A DNA stretch of 64,000 nt. It comes from an uncultured virus (IMG/VR IMGVR_UViG_3300025066_000021). Lineage: Duplodnaviria; Heunggongvirae; Uroviricota; Caudoviricetes. Every line of letters begins with the position of its first letter. Within the stretch, counting starts at the first letter, position 1. Shown here piece by piece: positions 1-11,366 of the stretch. Under the pieces are notes generated by a model. It did not search any database and was not told where the DNA came from. It saw only the letters and a list, made by a program, of their open reading frames with translations. The translations under genes were made by a program, and so were the position numbers. The stretch lies in IMG/VR virus record IMGVR_UViG_3300025066_000021; one strand, 5' to 3'.

Positions 1-191
1 CTCACAATATTTACACGCTTGTAAACTATGTGTATAAGGAGTATATGCGCATTCCCGGTGAACATAAACCGTAGTACTACGGTTCTTAAGACCATATAAA
101 CAAGCCTCACTAGTAATAGTAACTCCACATATACAACAAACTTTTTTGTGTTCGTTTGACACACTAGTTTTTTTGGTATTTGCGTTTATCA

Positions 192-524
192 CTATATTCC
201 TAGGGAAGACCACGCTTTAAACTGAGTTAATTCATAAAAATTATAACCATCACTCCAGCGATAAGTTTCGTGATCTACAGCAACTTGTTGTACTACAAAT
301 GGTATGTCACTAGAATCTTTTACTAAAATAGGACCTTCTATTTTACCTATATTTTTAAAGCAGGTATTCCATGTTACACGAGTATCCCACTTTTCCTGGG
401 CGTGTAATTCCCCATCGCACATTGGTCCGGTGGCATGACACCCAGTACACCGAATCACATTCATATCATACTCGTTAAAACTGGGCTTAACCTTACTACT
501 ACCACAAAATGGACAAGTCTTCAT
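192..524 (-). CDS. Lar-family restriction-alleviation-like zinc-ribbon protein with C-terminal extension
   Basis: N-terminal CPFCG...CxxCxATGP...W(D/N)xR pattern typical of the Lar family. Confidence 0.65.
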   Translation of the reverse strand: MKTCPFCGSSKVKPSFNEYDMNVIRCTGCHATGPMCDGELHAQEKWDTRVTWNTCFKNIGKIEGPILVKDSSDIPFVVQQVAVDHETYRWSDGYNFYELTQFKAWSSLGI

Positions 525-526
525 TA

Positions 527-880
527 CTACCTCTTTATTTCCTGGTACACCTTAAACACGGAACCCTGATTTTTATTAAGAACATCCCGGTAATCCAGGG
601 CATCCTGTTTACTGGGAGTTCTGGAAAAAACCTCGATTCCTTTGGAAACCACGTGTTCCCTAGCCACAATATACGTAGCAGTATCTAGGTCTTGTTTCCC
701 AGATTCTTTGGTAAAAAAGCAGTTAATCCAGTTTGCCTTAGAAAATTTATGACCTGCTATACCACCCAGATTAAAATTAATCATATCAAGCTCAGGACGT
801 ACTCCTGCAACCTTTACTCCACGGTTTGCTACACCTTTTGTAATGAATATTTTATCCCCTATGCACGGTAAAAAGGCCAA
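527..880 (-). CDS. hypothetical phage protein
   Basis: 117-aa ORF tightly packed in the minus-strand operon 1104->192. Confidence 0.6.
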   Translation of the reverse strand: MAFLPCIGDKIFITKGVANRGVKVAGVRPELDMINFNLGGIAGHKFSKANWINCFFTKESGKQDLDTATYIVAREHVVSKGIEVFSRTPSKQDALDYRDVLNKNQGSVFKVYQEIKR

Positions 881-1104
881 TGCTCAGGTTTAGTATTCTC
901 AGGAATATCTAATTCTACGCCAAACATTTTAATATGTAAATTAACTTGTGAAGACCAGAATTCATTATTTATAGACAAGTTAACAAAATTGTTAACAAAA
1001 CTCACAAGTTCGTCTCCACCATTCGAATAAGCAGATGTTTCCAGGTTAGCAAGTATCCCGGCTTTTTGAATAGCGGTTAGTTTGTCTAGGTCAGTCGTCT
1101 TCAT
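859..1104 (-). CDS. hypothetical protein, probably leaderless
   Basis: ATG lies just downstream of a minus-strand ATGACA-N17-TATACT promoter (~1110-1139). Confidence 0.55.
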   Translation of the reverse strand: MKTTDLDKLTAIQKAGILANLETSAYSNGGDELVSFVNNFVNLSINNEFWSSQVNLHIKMFGVELDIPENTKPEHWPFYRA

Positions 1105-1172
1105 ACTCTAAGTATAACAGATAATCCAGATGTTGTCATGCCCCTGTGTTTATTAACTGGTTGGGGGTTACC

Positions 1173-1420
1173 GTGGAATCAGGGTTCCCGAGATTAATAG
1201 TACTGTTATGTCGATAGAATTTAATTATTTGTATAGCCTGGATTTTTTGGATAGTTATTACAGGGAGGTTGGCGTGAAAAACAGTTATTTCAGTGGTAAA
1301 AGAGTTATTTCTGCGGGGGTTTCGTGAAAAACAGTTATTTTGCGTGGGTGTAAGAGAACGGTAGAATCAGGGTTACCAGGATTAGTAGTACTCTTTTCTC
1401 GGTAGAATTTAATTATTTGT
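1173..1420. repeat. degenerate 60-bp direct repeat pair with an internal 18-bp repeat pair
   Basis: 1173-1232 resembles 1361-1420 (GT(G/A)GAATCAGGGTT...TAGAATTTAATTATTTGT); CGTGAAAAACAGTTATTT occurs at 1273 and 1323. Confidence 0.8.
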
Positions 1421-1658
1421 CTACCTTTTAAGAGTCCGGATTTACTTTTTTTGAAAAATCGAAATTTTATATATGTGACCCGAGCCACATGTTTTTCGAA
1501 AAAAAGGGAAAAACTGCTCTAGAGGGGGGTACTTAGTTCTGGACGTACATTACCAGGAACGTGTGTACAACTCTAGATCAGTTCAGTTTTGTACATATGA
1601 GGAGGGTCCGGTTCCGTACTCATCGCAGGAACCGGACCCTCCTATTTGTTGTCAAAAG

Positions 1659-2003
1659 TTAGTAAACATGATTTCCTCCTTCTTCTTGGTTAGGCCCAAC
1701 TAAGACTCGAATTGTGTATACCTCACCTTTATGCGTGAGGCTGTATTCTCCAGCGATTGGCCCCAGATCCTTTTGATCTTGGTTAACAATATCCATTCTG
1801 GAGTTTTTCAAGTAAAAATTAATGACCCTCTTTTCTTCTGGGTCACCGTTAGGAATCTCGATAATCATTCGGTACTGATTATCAAAATCTTCGATGATTC
1901 GATACATAACGGTTTCACTTTTAAATTCCGGTTTGTGGAGCATGGCCTCTCTAATGAAAAATTTTTCATTAGCAGTAACCACGAAGCGAGTTTTAGTATT
2001 CAT
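1659..2003 (-). CDS. hypothetical protein
   Basis: AAAGGA RBS and N12-type promoter immediately upstream. Confidence 0.7.
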   Translation of the reverse strand: MNTKTRFVVTANEKFFIREAMLHKPEFKSETVMYRIIEDFDNQYRMIIEIPNGDPEEKRVINFYLKNSRMDIVNQDQKDLGPIAGEYSLTHKGEVYTIRVLVGPNQEEGGNHVY

Positions 2004-2424
2004 AACACCATCCTTTCAAAACTAGTATTCCGAATATTCGATCAAGTGGGAAAATCGAGGCTGACTTACTCAAGTATTCCTTTGCTAGTTCTGTATGATC
2101 GTGGATCATCATTTCCCCTTCCTAAAAATTTCAATGTCCTTAGTACTGCTCGTCGGTTTCTTTGTAGGCAACGTATGCAAAGCCCCGGCGATATGCTTGG
2201 TTAAGTGTTTAGCGAGGACCATCCCCGATAAACTTGTGTTTTCTTTGTCAGGCCCATATATGATTCTGCAGACTTTTTGGCTCATTTCAGTTTCTCCAAT
2301 TCTTCCAAAATTTTAACATGACAACGAGCCGAGATTGCGCAGTAGCTAGATATGACTCTCAGAGTTATATATGCTCTGAGAGTCTGAATACCAAGGATAA
2401 TTAAGCCCAAAACCTCAAGTACTA

Positions 2425-2763
2425 TCATACCGCCTCGAATCCCGTTGGAGCCACGTACCAGCGGAATCCTTGTGGATCTTCAATCACATTACCGACTGAC
2501 ACGCTAGTCATCGGCTGGAGTCTAGTTATCGAGTCTTCTGGACCGATGTTTCCTACTTGAAAAACTCCCTCCAGACTATTGGCATCAATATTAGCTGTGT
2601 GCTCGAAATAGCTCCAGTTTCTACGGATTAAATCTCCTACGGGTTCGTCGCTCATAGGCATAGCAACCTGCTTGTAAAATTCAAACCTTGGAATCTTGAC
2701 ACCCGAATTTACAAGGGCGGATTCTGCCTGAGTTAAATTGACTTGAAAAACTTTGTATAGCAT
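2425..2763 (-). CDS. YodL-like domain phage protein
   Basis: LExVFxxGN...SVSVG(N/D)VI motif; related to 14459..14809. Confidence 0.5.
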   Translation of the reverse strand: MLYKVFQVNLTQAESALVNSGVKIPRFEFYKQVAMPMSDEPVGDLIRRNWSYFEHTANIDANSLEGVFQVGNIGPEDSITRLQPMTSVSVGNVIEDPQGFRWYVAPTGFEAV

Positions 2764-2776
2764 GGTTTCCCCTTAA

Positions 2777-3103
2777 TTATACCACGACGGGTATATTGTA
2801 AGCGTGGAGCATATAGTCCACAGATTCAAACCCCTCGGAATCAGCTAGCCACTTCATAGCTTGCTTTCTGGATTTTGCGCCTAGTTCAACTATTTTTATG
2901 ATTTTCTCGTTGAATTCTTGACGCTTTTCTGAGTCGTACTCAGCTCGATTCGCCTCGGTTTTTTTGGCTTGCACGGCAAGCCTTGCTATGATTACTTGCT
3001 GTCTAGGCAAGCTAGCGTTTAAGAACTGTCCCCAGAATCTTGGGGAACATACGTATCCGTGTGCCTTCTTATGTAAACTAATTAAAAAACTCTTGGTATT
3101 CAT
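2777..3103 (-). CDS. hypothetical protein, paralog of 3204..3593
   Basis: Shared GAxxRxxA(M/L)xWxADxE motif. Confidence 0.65.
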   Translation of the reverse strand: MNTKSFLISLHKKAHGYVCSPRFWGQFLNASLPRQQVIIARLAVQAKKTEANRAEYDSEKRQEFNEKIIKIVELGAKSRKQAMKWLADSEGFESVDYMLHAYNIPVVV

Positions 3104-3203
3104 AACACCATCCTTTCAAAACTAGTATTCCGAATATTCGATCAAGCGGGAAAATCGAGGCGAGAAACAAAAAAAGCCGGGGATTAGCTCCCCGGCCAAT
3201 TTG

Positions 3204-3593
3204 CTATGCTGCTCGAAAGGAGTCGTCAATTTCCTTTTTATAGGTTCCGTAAGGAAGTCCGAAGCTATAGCATAAATAGCTTCCAGGCTCGCAGTGTGCT
3301 TGAGAACTTTTGTCCTGTATTTCCCCATCAGCAATCCACCGTAAAGCTGTGGACCTGTTTTCAGCCCCATGCTCCATGGTGCGAAGAATCAGGGCTTCAA
3401 ACGCTTTGATTCTTCGTGCCTCGTCTTCCTCTTGCCTTGCGAATTCTAGTTCGCAAGACTTTTGAAGGTTTTCCCAATAAGCTTGTTTTTGCTCATCGGT
3501 ATAATTCGACCATGCAATCCTGGGCCGAAACCCGTATGCGTCCTTGTGCATATCAGAGATAATACCGAATTCAGGAAAAGTAAAATTGGTCAT
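3204..3593 (-). CDS. conserved phage protein (SDxHKDAYGFRPR type)
   Basis: AGGAGG RBS before ATG at 3593; ISDMHKDAYGFRPR motif recalled from large-phage ORFs. Confidence 0.65.
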   Translation of the reverse strand: MTNFTFPEFGIISDMHKDAYGFRPRIAWSNYTDEQKQAYWENLQKSCELEFARQEEDEARRIKAFEALILRTMEHGAENRSTALRWIADGEIQDKSSQAHCEPGSYLCYSFGLPYGTYKKEIDDSFRAA

Positions 3594-6146
3594 TGTAAAT
3601 CCTCCTGGAAATTTAAATTTATGTGTTCTATACGTATAGGATTCAAGATGCCGGATCAAGTGAGAAAAGTAAGGTGAACAGGGTTACTTTCGGCATGATA
3701 CCTTGCAGCCAGTTTTTGGCTTCCTCGGGATACATTGAATGGAAACTTTCGAAGGTTTCCTATAATTTATTAGCTGCTTCCTCTTTTTTGTTAGCCTTAA
3801 GTTTTTCGGCCACAGCTTTTTGCCACTCGTCATCACCCATTAAAATTTGTAGGTCAGACAAAAAAATCTTTTTATCGTGTCCATTTTTAAGGTGTTGAAA
3901 TACAACCATAAATCCTGCTACTTTATCTTTGGCAGATGGATTTACAGAATTAAGGTCATAATCCCTGAAATCTATGTCAGGTTGTTTGATACTCAAAAGA
4001 TCTATTGCTTTATGCCATACAGAATTTTTGTAGTCTGTAAGTAGTTAGCGATAGAGATTTAAGTAATTCCGAGTTTATAATTCCGGTACTGGCTATCAAT
4101 CCCGAGGCCATGCCAACGTACCAACTCCACACGTCATCAAAGCAGGTGAACGTGGACTGATTTCCTCTATTGTCAGTAAGAAACCACTGCTCTCCTTCTT
4201 TGCCTACGTGATAGTTCAATACATTTCCGTTGAAAACTTGCTTAGGGTAAGCAAGGAATTCCTCTTGCAGTCCTTCTTTTGTGGACATAATTCCTCCTTT
4301 GTTCCTTCATACTCAATAGCCCGGATACTCGGTCAAGTGGGAAAAGTGAGAAAACAAAAAAAGCCGAGGAAATTAATCCCCGGCTACTTCGTTTCTTGTT
4401 ATTATCCACTGCTTTTAAGCGATGGGGGTCATCCGTATTCCCGTATAGCCTGAATTTTCGGGAAGCCTATTCGTATTCCTTTGAATACTTTATTGGCCAG
4501 TATATCAGCTCGAAAACTCTTGGACGGTTCACCTTCTTTCACGGCAAACTCAATGGGAACCTGGATGTTAGTCCTACAACTACATATCACTGCAACCATC
4601 TTGTGCTCTAACGCATGAGCATCAAGAGGGAAGAATAACATGGCTATCATGAATATTTCCATTGGCATCCTTTCGGGGGCAACCTTTTGGCCACCCCTTT
4701 CTATCTTACTCTATCTCATCTCCAAAAGGCAAATTCGGCAAGCCCTCGATTGGACCCGTTAAACTTGGCTACGTGATAGCCTTGCTCCGCTACCACTTGG
4801 CCTATCCCTGTGTTTTCAGGGAGAATCAGTGAAATCTGCTCACCTTTCTTTAAGTCCTTGATAACCTGTCGGGCCAAAGTCCTTTCTTGAGATGTTGGAA
4901 TTATTACCGAAATTCCCACGGACTCAACCAGAGTCTTGTGTTTCTTGAAAAACCTAAAAATTGACTGGAACATTTGTGTTCCTCCCTTCCTCAAAACTAA
5001 GATTCAAGATGCTGTGTCAAGTGAGAAAAATCGTGTGGGTTTTACCGGATTTCTAAAGAAGTTAAAGTTTCACCACCAACAGCAGTAAATTCCACTTCTT
5101 GTTGTGCTAACCAACGGAAAGCGATTCGATTATGCTGACTTGGGATAACCGTTGATAAAGGGTTCCCAGTTTTCATTACTTGATTAGTGATTTTGGATAT
5201 GCTTTTGATCGTTTCTAATTCCTGGCTCATCATTCCTCCTGGTTAAAAAGTCCGTCTGCACAGGCTTGCGCTAGACTCTCTTCTACCTGACCAGAAAATT
5301 CTGGATCAGTATTTTCCTGGACGGAAGCGAAAAACTCTTCTCGCTTCTCCTGTGTGCTCAAATCCCCGTTGACCTCTTTAAGGCCAGCGAAAAAACCGTC
5401 TAAACTAAATAATTGCATACACACTCCTTTGTAGGGGAAACAGAATTGTTGTTTCCCCTTGCGAAAGGAACGGAGGATCGAGGCACCCTGCCTCAATTGT
5501 TTACCCGTTCTCATACATAATAACCGAGATCCTGTGTCAAGTGACCAAACTCAGTTGACCCAAAAATGGCCCGTACTGATAAAAATCAGGGGGCCATTTT
5601 AGGTTTCGGAATTTCGGTTCCAGGTTCAGAATTCCTGGTTCCTCATCCTAGTCACGTCCCACAGTTTTCACTACAGGGACACCACGTCGTAAGAACCTTA
5701 CAGGAGCGGAATAATATCCAACTCGATGCTTGAGGCGTTTTTTCAGGTTAGTCACCAGTCTATTAGGCTTGGTGATTGTATAGTAACCTGATTTTTTCTT
5801 GAGCTTTCGCTCAAGTTTTGTGAGGCCAATTACTTCCTTGAAGGAAGGTGACCTGTATCCGAAGTTGAATACTTTTTTCCAGAAACTCATTTGATTCCTC
5901 CCTCTTTCATAACTAGTATTCCAGATATGGGATCAAGTGAGAAAAACACGGTCAAAATATAATTCTTCGTGTTCTTCGTGTTCTCTGCGGTTTTTGATTT
6001 TGGATATGTCTACGCAAAACCAAATTAATTTTAGTTTGGTATCCAGGGCCACTAAAGAAATCTAGGATTTCTTTGTCGAGTCTGATTGAAATAGCTTGTT
6101 TTGCCATATCAAAGGGGAGAGGGTCGAAGCCCTCTCCCCTAATCCC

Positions 6147-6668
6147 TTAACCCGTGACCTTAATCACTGTAGAGGACTCAAAAGACTTTCGATCTTTTGC
6201 TTTGACCGCCTCAAATTCTGCGACGTTGTAGACTTCAATCGCATTTCCTGCGTCATTGAGCATCCAGTCATACCCATTGGCTACATATGGTGCCACATGG
6301 GATTTTGCGTATGCTCTAAGAGCGGAGCGGGTATTTACCCCACAATGCAAGGACTTATTGCCCAGGATTCCAGCGGGCTTCCTGATTGCCCTAGTTTGAG
6401 TTATCTGCCAGTCATCGGCATTAAATTTCCCGTCGGACTCATAGCCCAAAGGAAGTTTGTTCACTAGACCAAGAAGCTCTTTGCGGTTGAAAGCAATTAC
6501 TACGTGCTTCCTGTAGTAGCTTCCCAGGAGATGTTGGGGGTAATTTCGCAATTCCAGGGTGAATAGATAGTTGATGCCTTTGCATCGCCTACACAAACCT
6601 CCATGCTGAATGAAATCTTCGATCTTTTTGAATACGAGTGATGCACACCCTTTACATAAGCAATTCAT
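6147..6668 (-). CDS. hypothetical Cys-rich protein
   Basis: 173-aa ORF, AGGAG RBS, followed by a strong hairpin at ~6113-6140. Confidence 0.65.
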   Translation of the reverse strand: MNCLCKGCASLVFKKIEDFIQHGGLCRRCKGINYLFTLELRNYPQHLLGSYYRKHVVIAFNRKELLGLVNKLPLGYESDGKFNADDWQITQTRAIRKPAGILGNKSLHCGVNTRSALRAYAKSHVAPYVANGYDWMLNDAGNAIEVYNVAEFEAVKAKDRKSFESSTVIKVTG

Positions 6669-7537
6669 AAGTAAACTCCTGTTTAATTTTTGTGGGGACC
6701 GGACTCGATCCCCTTGTGTGTTTAGTGTTCGAGATATCCGGTCAAGTTAGAATAATCGAGTGAAACTAGAATTATTCGATACGAGTTTTACAAACTCGCT
6801 TGACCAAAAAATTTGGTCAGGTTTTTCCTGAAAAAGAGCAGTCGCCCTTTTCAAACTTATTTCTAGTCTGCCACAGCTCACGTCGAACTGTCCTCCGGCT
6901 TGATAGATAAGCGGAAAATCGCTCTCATGTATAACACCTAGCAAAAGGGATTTCATCGGTGGATTCGAGCTTAAATCCACCAAGTCCTGCGTAAAAATCT
7001 GCGTGAACATATTTCCTCCTTGTTCCTACGTATCTAGTATTCAAAATACCGGGTCAAGTGGGAATAACTTGTTGAAATAGAAATTATTTTGATTGCTAAA
7101 AATTTATTTTTTATGAAATTATTTGTGTTAATACATTAATCTATGAGCAAATAAAACTACCTGCTTTTCTCGAAAAATTTATTTTTTATGAAATCGCTGG
7201 CACCAATACATTAGTCTATAAACCACCTATAGACCTCCTGAGGAAAACAGGGATTTGATGCAAATTGAGCAGACCTTGATATGTATATACACGTATCGCT
7301 ATTTATTGTGGAGTAGTAAGGGACCAATTTCTAGGAGAATTAAAAGGAGTTACAACAGAGTTAGCCCAAACACTTAACAAATTAGTCAATCCCTGGTTCT
7401 CAAACCCTTATTTACAAACGATTTTTTATGTTTACACCTAGAAATCGAGACTTATTAATAAAAATTTAAAAAATAGTCTTAGTTCACCTTGTTATTCTCA
7501 CTTGACCTAGTATCTTGAATATTATAAACGAGAAACA

Positions 7538-7629
7538 TCAGGGGTTCAACTAGACTTTGGCCCTTGAGAACATGGATTGCAGAGTCCATGAGTCTAGGGC
7601 CGTGCTTGCAGTTAATTGCTTGTGAGGCC
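7538..7629 (+). ncRNA. candidate pseudoknotted small RNA
   Basis: ORF-less, directly after promoter 7492-7525; three helices plus loop CTAGACT complementary to AGTCTAG. Confidence 0.45.
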
Positions 7630-7708
7630 ACAAAATTTTATTCTGAGATTAAATTTAGAATAAAAATAATTTTTTTGGGTCCAGGAATCGAGATTTTGAT
7701 ATCATAGT

Positions 7709-8344
7709 ATGTACGTTGTACTCATAGGAGGGTATATGGGCGTTTGGGTTTACCACTTAACGAATAAATCAAGAGTGATTAAACAAGGCGACACTAAGTT
7801 AAAAGTGTGGATGATGCGGTATGGCTTTTTAATGCAGGACTATTACAGGGCTCAGGATTACCGAGATGACCCTAAGTCGTGTTTTATTAGTCAGTGGGCC
7901 AAATCTATTTATCGTGGTATCAACACTAAAGTTGATAATGCTTATAAACGGATGAAAGTTTTGGAAAGAGAATCCGAAGAAACTGGAGATCCTGTTTATG
8001 TGATTTTCAGTTCAGACGGCAAATGGAACAACGAGCGTATCTTTAAGCTCACTCGTTTTGATGCTCTGTGGTTTGATACTGACAGACATCCCGGAGAAGA
8101 AGTTGGATATTTTTCTAAGGATAAAGGGATGCAGAATATTGGACTACGTTTTTTAAATAAGAATGTATGTGATTTGGATTGGAAAATAACCGGACTGATA
8201 AACGACAAAGATTTTCTAGTCCCTAGAGACGAGTCAGCTACTCGGGAAAATCTTGATGTTTACTTGGGGCCAAGGAAGTTTAACGGTTTAAAAGCAATCA
8301 GGATTATAGACGAAGTTTTTACGGTTAAGGAACTTTTAGCTTAG
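7709..8344 (+). CDS. hypothetical protein (start probably ATG 7736)
   Basis: Long ORF; AGGAGG precedes ATG at 7736. Confidence 0.7.
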   Translation: MYVVLIGGYMGVWVYHLTNKSRVIKQGDTKLKVWMMRYGFLMQDYYRAQDYRDDPKSCFISQWAKSIYRGINTKVDNAYKRMKVLERESEETGDPVYVIFSSDGKWNNERIFKLTRFDALWFDTDRHPGEEVGYFSKDKGMQNIGLRFLNKNVCDLDWKITGLINDKDFLVPRDESATRENLDVYLGPRKFNGLKAIRIIDEVFTVKELLA

Positions 8345-8694
8345 AAATAATTTATTCGCCCTGTTATTCTCACTTGACCCAGTATCCGGGCTATTAAATA
8401 TAACAAAGGAGTTATTATGAATTTTTTAATTATTGATGTAGAAACTCATTCGGCAAGTTTCTTGAGACTAAGGCTTAGTAAATTAGCCAGTACAATCGAA
8501 GTTAGGGACGGCGGAAAATATAGGGAAGATCAATTTTATAGTCAAGTCCATGTTGCCACCGAGAAAACTGAAAGCGAAATGGATGACTGGTTATACAGTA
8601 TTAACGGTGTTGATTATGTTGGTGCAGTAGAAACTACTGCCGAGAGAATTGGCATGGAATATCTTAATGAAATGCCCTAACTCTAAACAACCAT

Positions 8695-8720
8695 AAAGCC
8701 GGGAAACCGGCTTTTTTCTT
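8695..8720 (+). terminator. intrinsic terminator, representative of the GCCGGG-loop-CCGGC-T-tract family
   Basis: GCCGG-GAAA-CCGGC-TTTTTT; related hairpins at ~11201, 13600, 15233, 16961, 18857, 20386, 22850, 24108, 28298 and 36816. Confidence 0.85.
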
Positions 8721-9489
8721 TTGTATATAAAACTTGTGTTGGAGTTCCTTACTCTATGAACACAACTAATACCCCACAAATCTAAAAAATAATTTCTATT
8801 TCAACAAGTTATTCCCACTTGACCCGGTATCTGGGTTACCATATATGAAAGGAGAAAAATATGAAAGCTGTAATTGCGGTACAAATAGAATTTGATGATT
8901 CCGAAGTGGATCAAACTAATATTCATGAAGTCCTGAAAGTTGGGGACAATTTAACTAGCCCTTTAATTAAAGAGGCTAAAGTCGTTAGCATTCAGTATTT
9001 TCAGATGAAAGCTGGCCAAAACTCAAGGAAAAGATAATCATGTTAAAAGATTTAATCTTGAAGCTGGGTTACACAATTAGATTTTATGATGGGGGTGTTC
9101 ATTCTGAACATTGGACACAGGACGGAGATTATATTGCTGGGTATGACTTGGATACTATGTCTGACACAGAATTATCAAGTCTTTTCTCGTCAATGTCATC
9201 TACTTTGTGTGAAGTGTTGAGAGAGGAATAAAAAATGAGAGATTGGGAATATAAAGAACTTCAAAAAGCAAGCCGTGTCCTGGAAGAGAAAGGCTATTCC
9301 CTTATAACCGACAAGTTCGGGTATAAGGTAATGTTTGGAAAAGAATTTATTGAAGCTGCCGGAATAAATCGAGCTGCCAGAATGAAGCCAATGCATTGGC
9401 GACACGCCAATGCAAACGTCAGAGATAATTTGGGTTATGCCGTTAGGGCTGCCCAAGCCCATTTGATTAAAGCAACTGAAAGGTGAGTT

Positions 9490-10713
9490 ATGAACGAGCA
9501 AAAACTTAAAGATCAAATCAAAAACTTGGGCGGTAGTTTGTATCAAGTAGGCGGTTGCGTTCGTGACTCCCTGCTTAACCGTCCATTTAATGACATAGAT
9601 TACGTTGTTGAAGGCGTAGCGACCCAAACCCTAGCAAAAGAATTTGGTGAGCCTGTAGGCCATGATTTTCCTGTATTCTTGGTTAATGTAGACGGAGAGA
9701 GCAGAGAACTCGCTATGGCTAGGATTGAAAAATCTTTGGGTGATGGTTACCACGATTTCAGCGTTGAGGTTAACGGTGTTACTCTTGAGCAAGATTTAAG
9801 CCGTAGAGACTTGACGATAAATGCTATGGCATGGGACGGGCGCAAGATCATTGACCCTTTTAACGGTCAAAGAGATTTAGCAAGCAAAAAACTGCGTCAT
9901 GTTTCCCAAGCATTTCAAGAAGATCCACTTAGAATCTTGAGAGTTGGAAGGTTCGCAGCTCAACTAGGCTTTGAAGTTTCCCAAGAAACTAAAGATCTTT
10001 GTAAGAAAATGAAACCCATGCTAACAGAGATTCCAGGTGATCGAATTGTTAAAGAGCTTGACAAAGTTCTTTTGAGCCCTTTTCCTTCCAGGTTCTTTGA
10101 CTTCTTGCTAGAAGTTGATTGCTTGGATGTGCATTTTCCTGAAATTCAAGCCTTGCTAGTTCCAGATAAACATGACGGAACGGCTTATAGGCACGTTATG
10201 AATTTGTTGGATCGTGCCAAAGGTAGATTTGACCTCAAGATTCTTTATGGTTTGTTGTTGCATGACTTAGGCAAAGGGGTAACTCCTGCTGAAAATCATC
10301 CTAGCCACTATAATCATGATAAACTTGGAATCGAGCTAGTCAGAGAGTTCGGGTTGCGTAACCGTCTTCCTTCTAGTATCCGAAAATTTAGTGAGCAGTG
10401 TTCCGAGTTTCATCTAGTACTCAGGAAAGTACCGGAGATGAAGCCGGGTAAAGCTCTTAAATACCTGCTAAAAAAGGATATCGAAGACCTTATGCTAGTA
10501 GCTTTTTTGGATGCTGTTTACAGAGATGGAGCCGACCCGGTAGTAGAGGCTGACCTTTACGCTGACATGAAGAGGTTGTACTCACTTGCCAAGGAAACCG
10601 AGCAGGAAATCCGTGGAGACGAAATTGTGGCACTAGGCTACAAGGGAAAACAGATAGGGGACATTCTTTTGATGAAGAGAATTGAACTGTTTAAAACTAA
10701 GTTGAGCGGGTAG
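9490..10713 (+). CDS. cca: CCA-adding tRNA nucleotidyltransferase with HD domain
   Basis: VGGCVRD..DIDYVV, ELAMARIE, DLSRRDLTINAMA, FQEDPLRILRVGRFAA and LLHDLGKG motifs. Confidence 0.93.
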   Translation: MNEQKLKDQIKNLGGSLYQVGGCVRDSLLNRPFNDIDYVVEGVATQTLAKEFGEPVGHDFPVFLVNVDGESRELAMARIEKSLGDGYHDFSVEVNGVTLEQDLSRRDLTINAMAWDGRKIIDPFNGQRDLASKKLRHVSQAFQEDPLRILRVGRFAAQLGFEVSQETKDLCKKMKPMLTEIPGDRIVKELDKVLLSPFPSRFFDFLLEVDCLDVHFPEIQALLVPDKHDGTAYRHVMNLLDRAKGRFDLKILYGLLLHDLGKGVTPAENHPSHYNHDKLGIELVREFGLRNRLPSSIRKFSEQCSEFHLVLRKVPEMKPGKALKYLLKKDIEDLMLVAFLDAVYRDGADPVVEADLYADMKRLYSLAKETEQEIRGDEIVALGYKGKQIGDILLMKRIELFKTKLSG

Positions 10714-11366
10714 AAATATCCGCTTTCACTTGGTTATTCCCACTTGACCTGTTATCTCGGTTACTAGTTCTGAAAGGAAGTGAGCATGAATTTTGAATAT
10801 ATATTTATTCGCCCTGTTATTCTCACTTGACCCAGTATCCGGGCTATTAAATATAACAAAGGAGCTAGAATGATACCGTTTAAATTAACTACCGATGACG
10901 AAATAGGATTTAGTGTTGAAATAGATTTTGATACTGTGTCTGAGAGGTTAAAGAAAAACAGGCCAATGGCCACAGAGGAGTTAGAATGATATGGTCAATC
11001 GACATTATGAAAACAACAGTTGAAACTCAAACGATTCTAGTATCAGGCGACACTAAAGATAAGGCTAAAGAAAAGGCTGTTTCATTAGTTGATGCTAACA
11101 GGGTTAAAATGAGTTTCGATAGAGATGATGTCAGTATTGAGATCATTGAAGAAGCCAGCGAAGAAGCAATCCAAGATAATGAGGTATTAGAATAAGATTA
11201 AGCCGGGAAACCGGCTTTTTTCTTTTAGATATAAAACTCGTGTTGGAGTTACCTTGTTCTACGAACACAAATAATATCAAAAATAATGTTCTATTTCAAC
11301 AAGTTTTTTCCCACTTGACCGAGTATCCGAGTTATTATATATAAGAACCAGGAAAAAGGAATTGAT

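Larger units (their letters stand above)
2022..7067 (-). promoter_or_regulatory. family of 9 minus-strand N12-type phage promoters (CYCAC-TTGAYM-N12-TAYTAN)
   Basis: Reverse-complement TTGA hexamers at about 2040, 3140, 3654, 4331, 5015, 5535, 5931, 6740 and 7052, each upstream of a minus-strand gene. Confidence 0.8.

Noticed and set aside
1731..6467. Plus-strand ORFs in the left arm (and minus-strand shadow ORFs in the right arm)
   Set aside because: Antisense to genes that have RBSs and promoters; no RBS or motifs of their own
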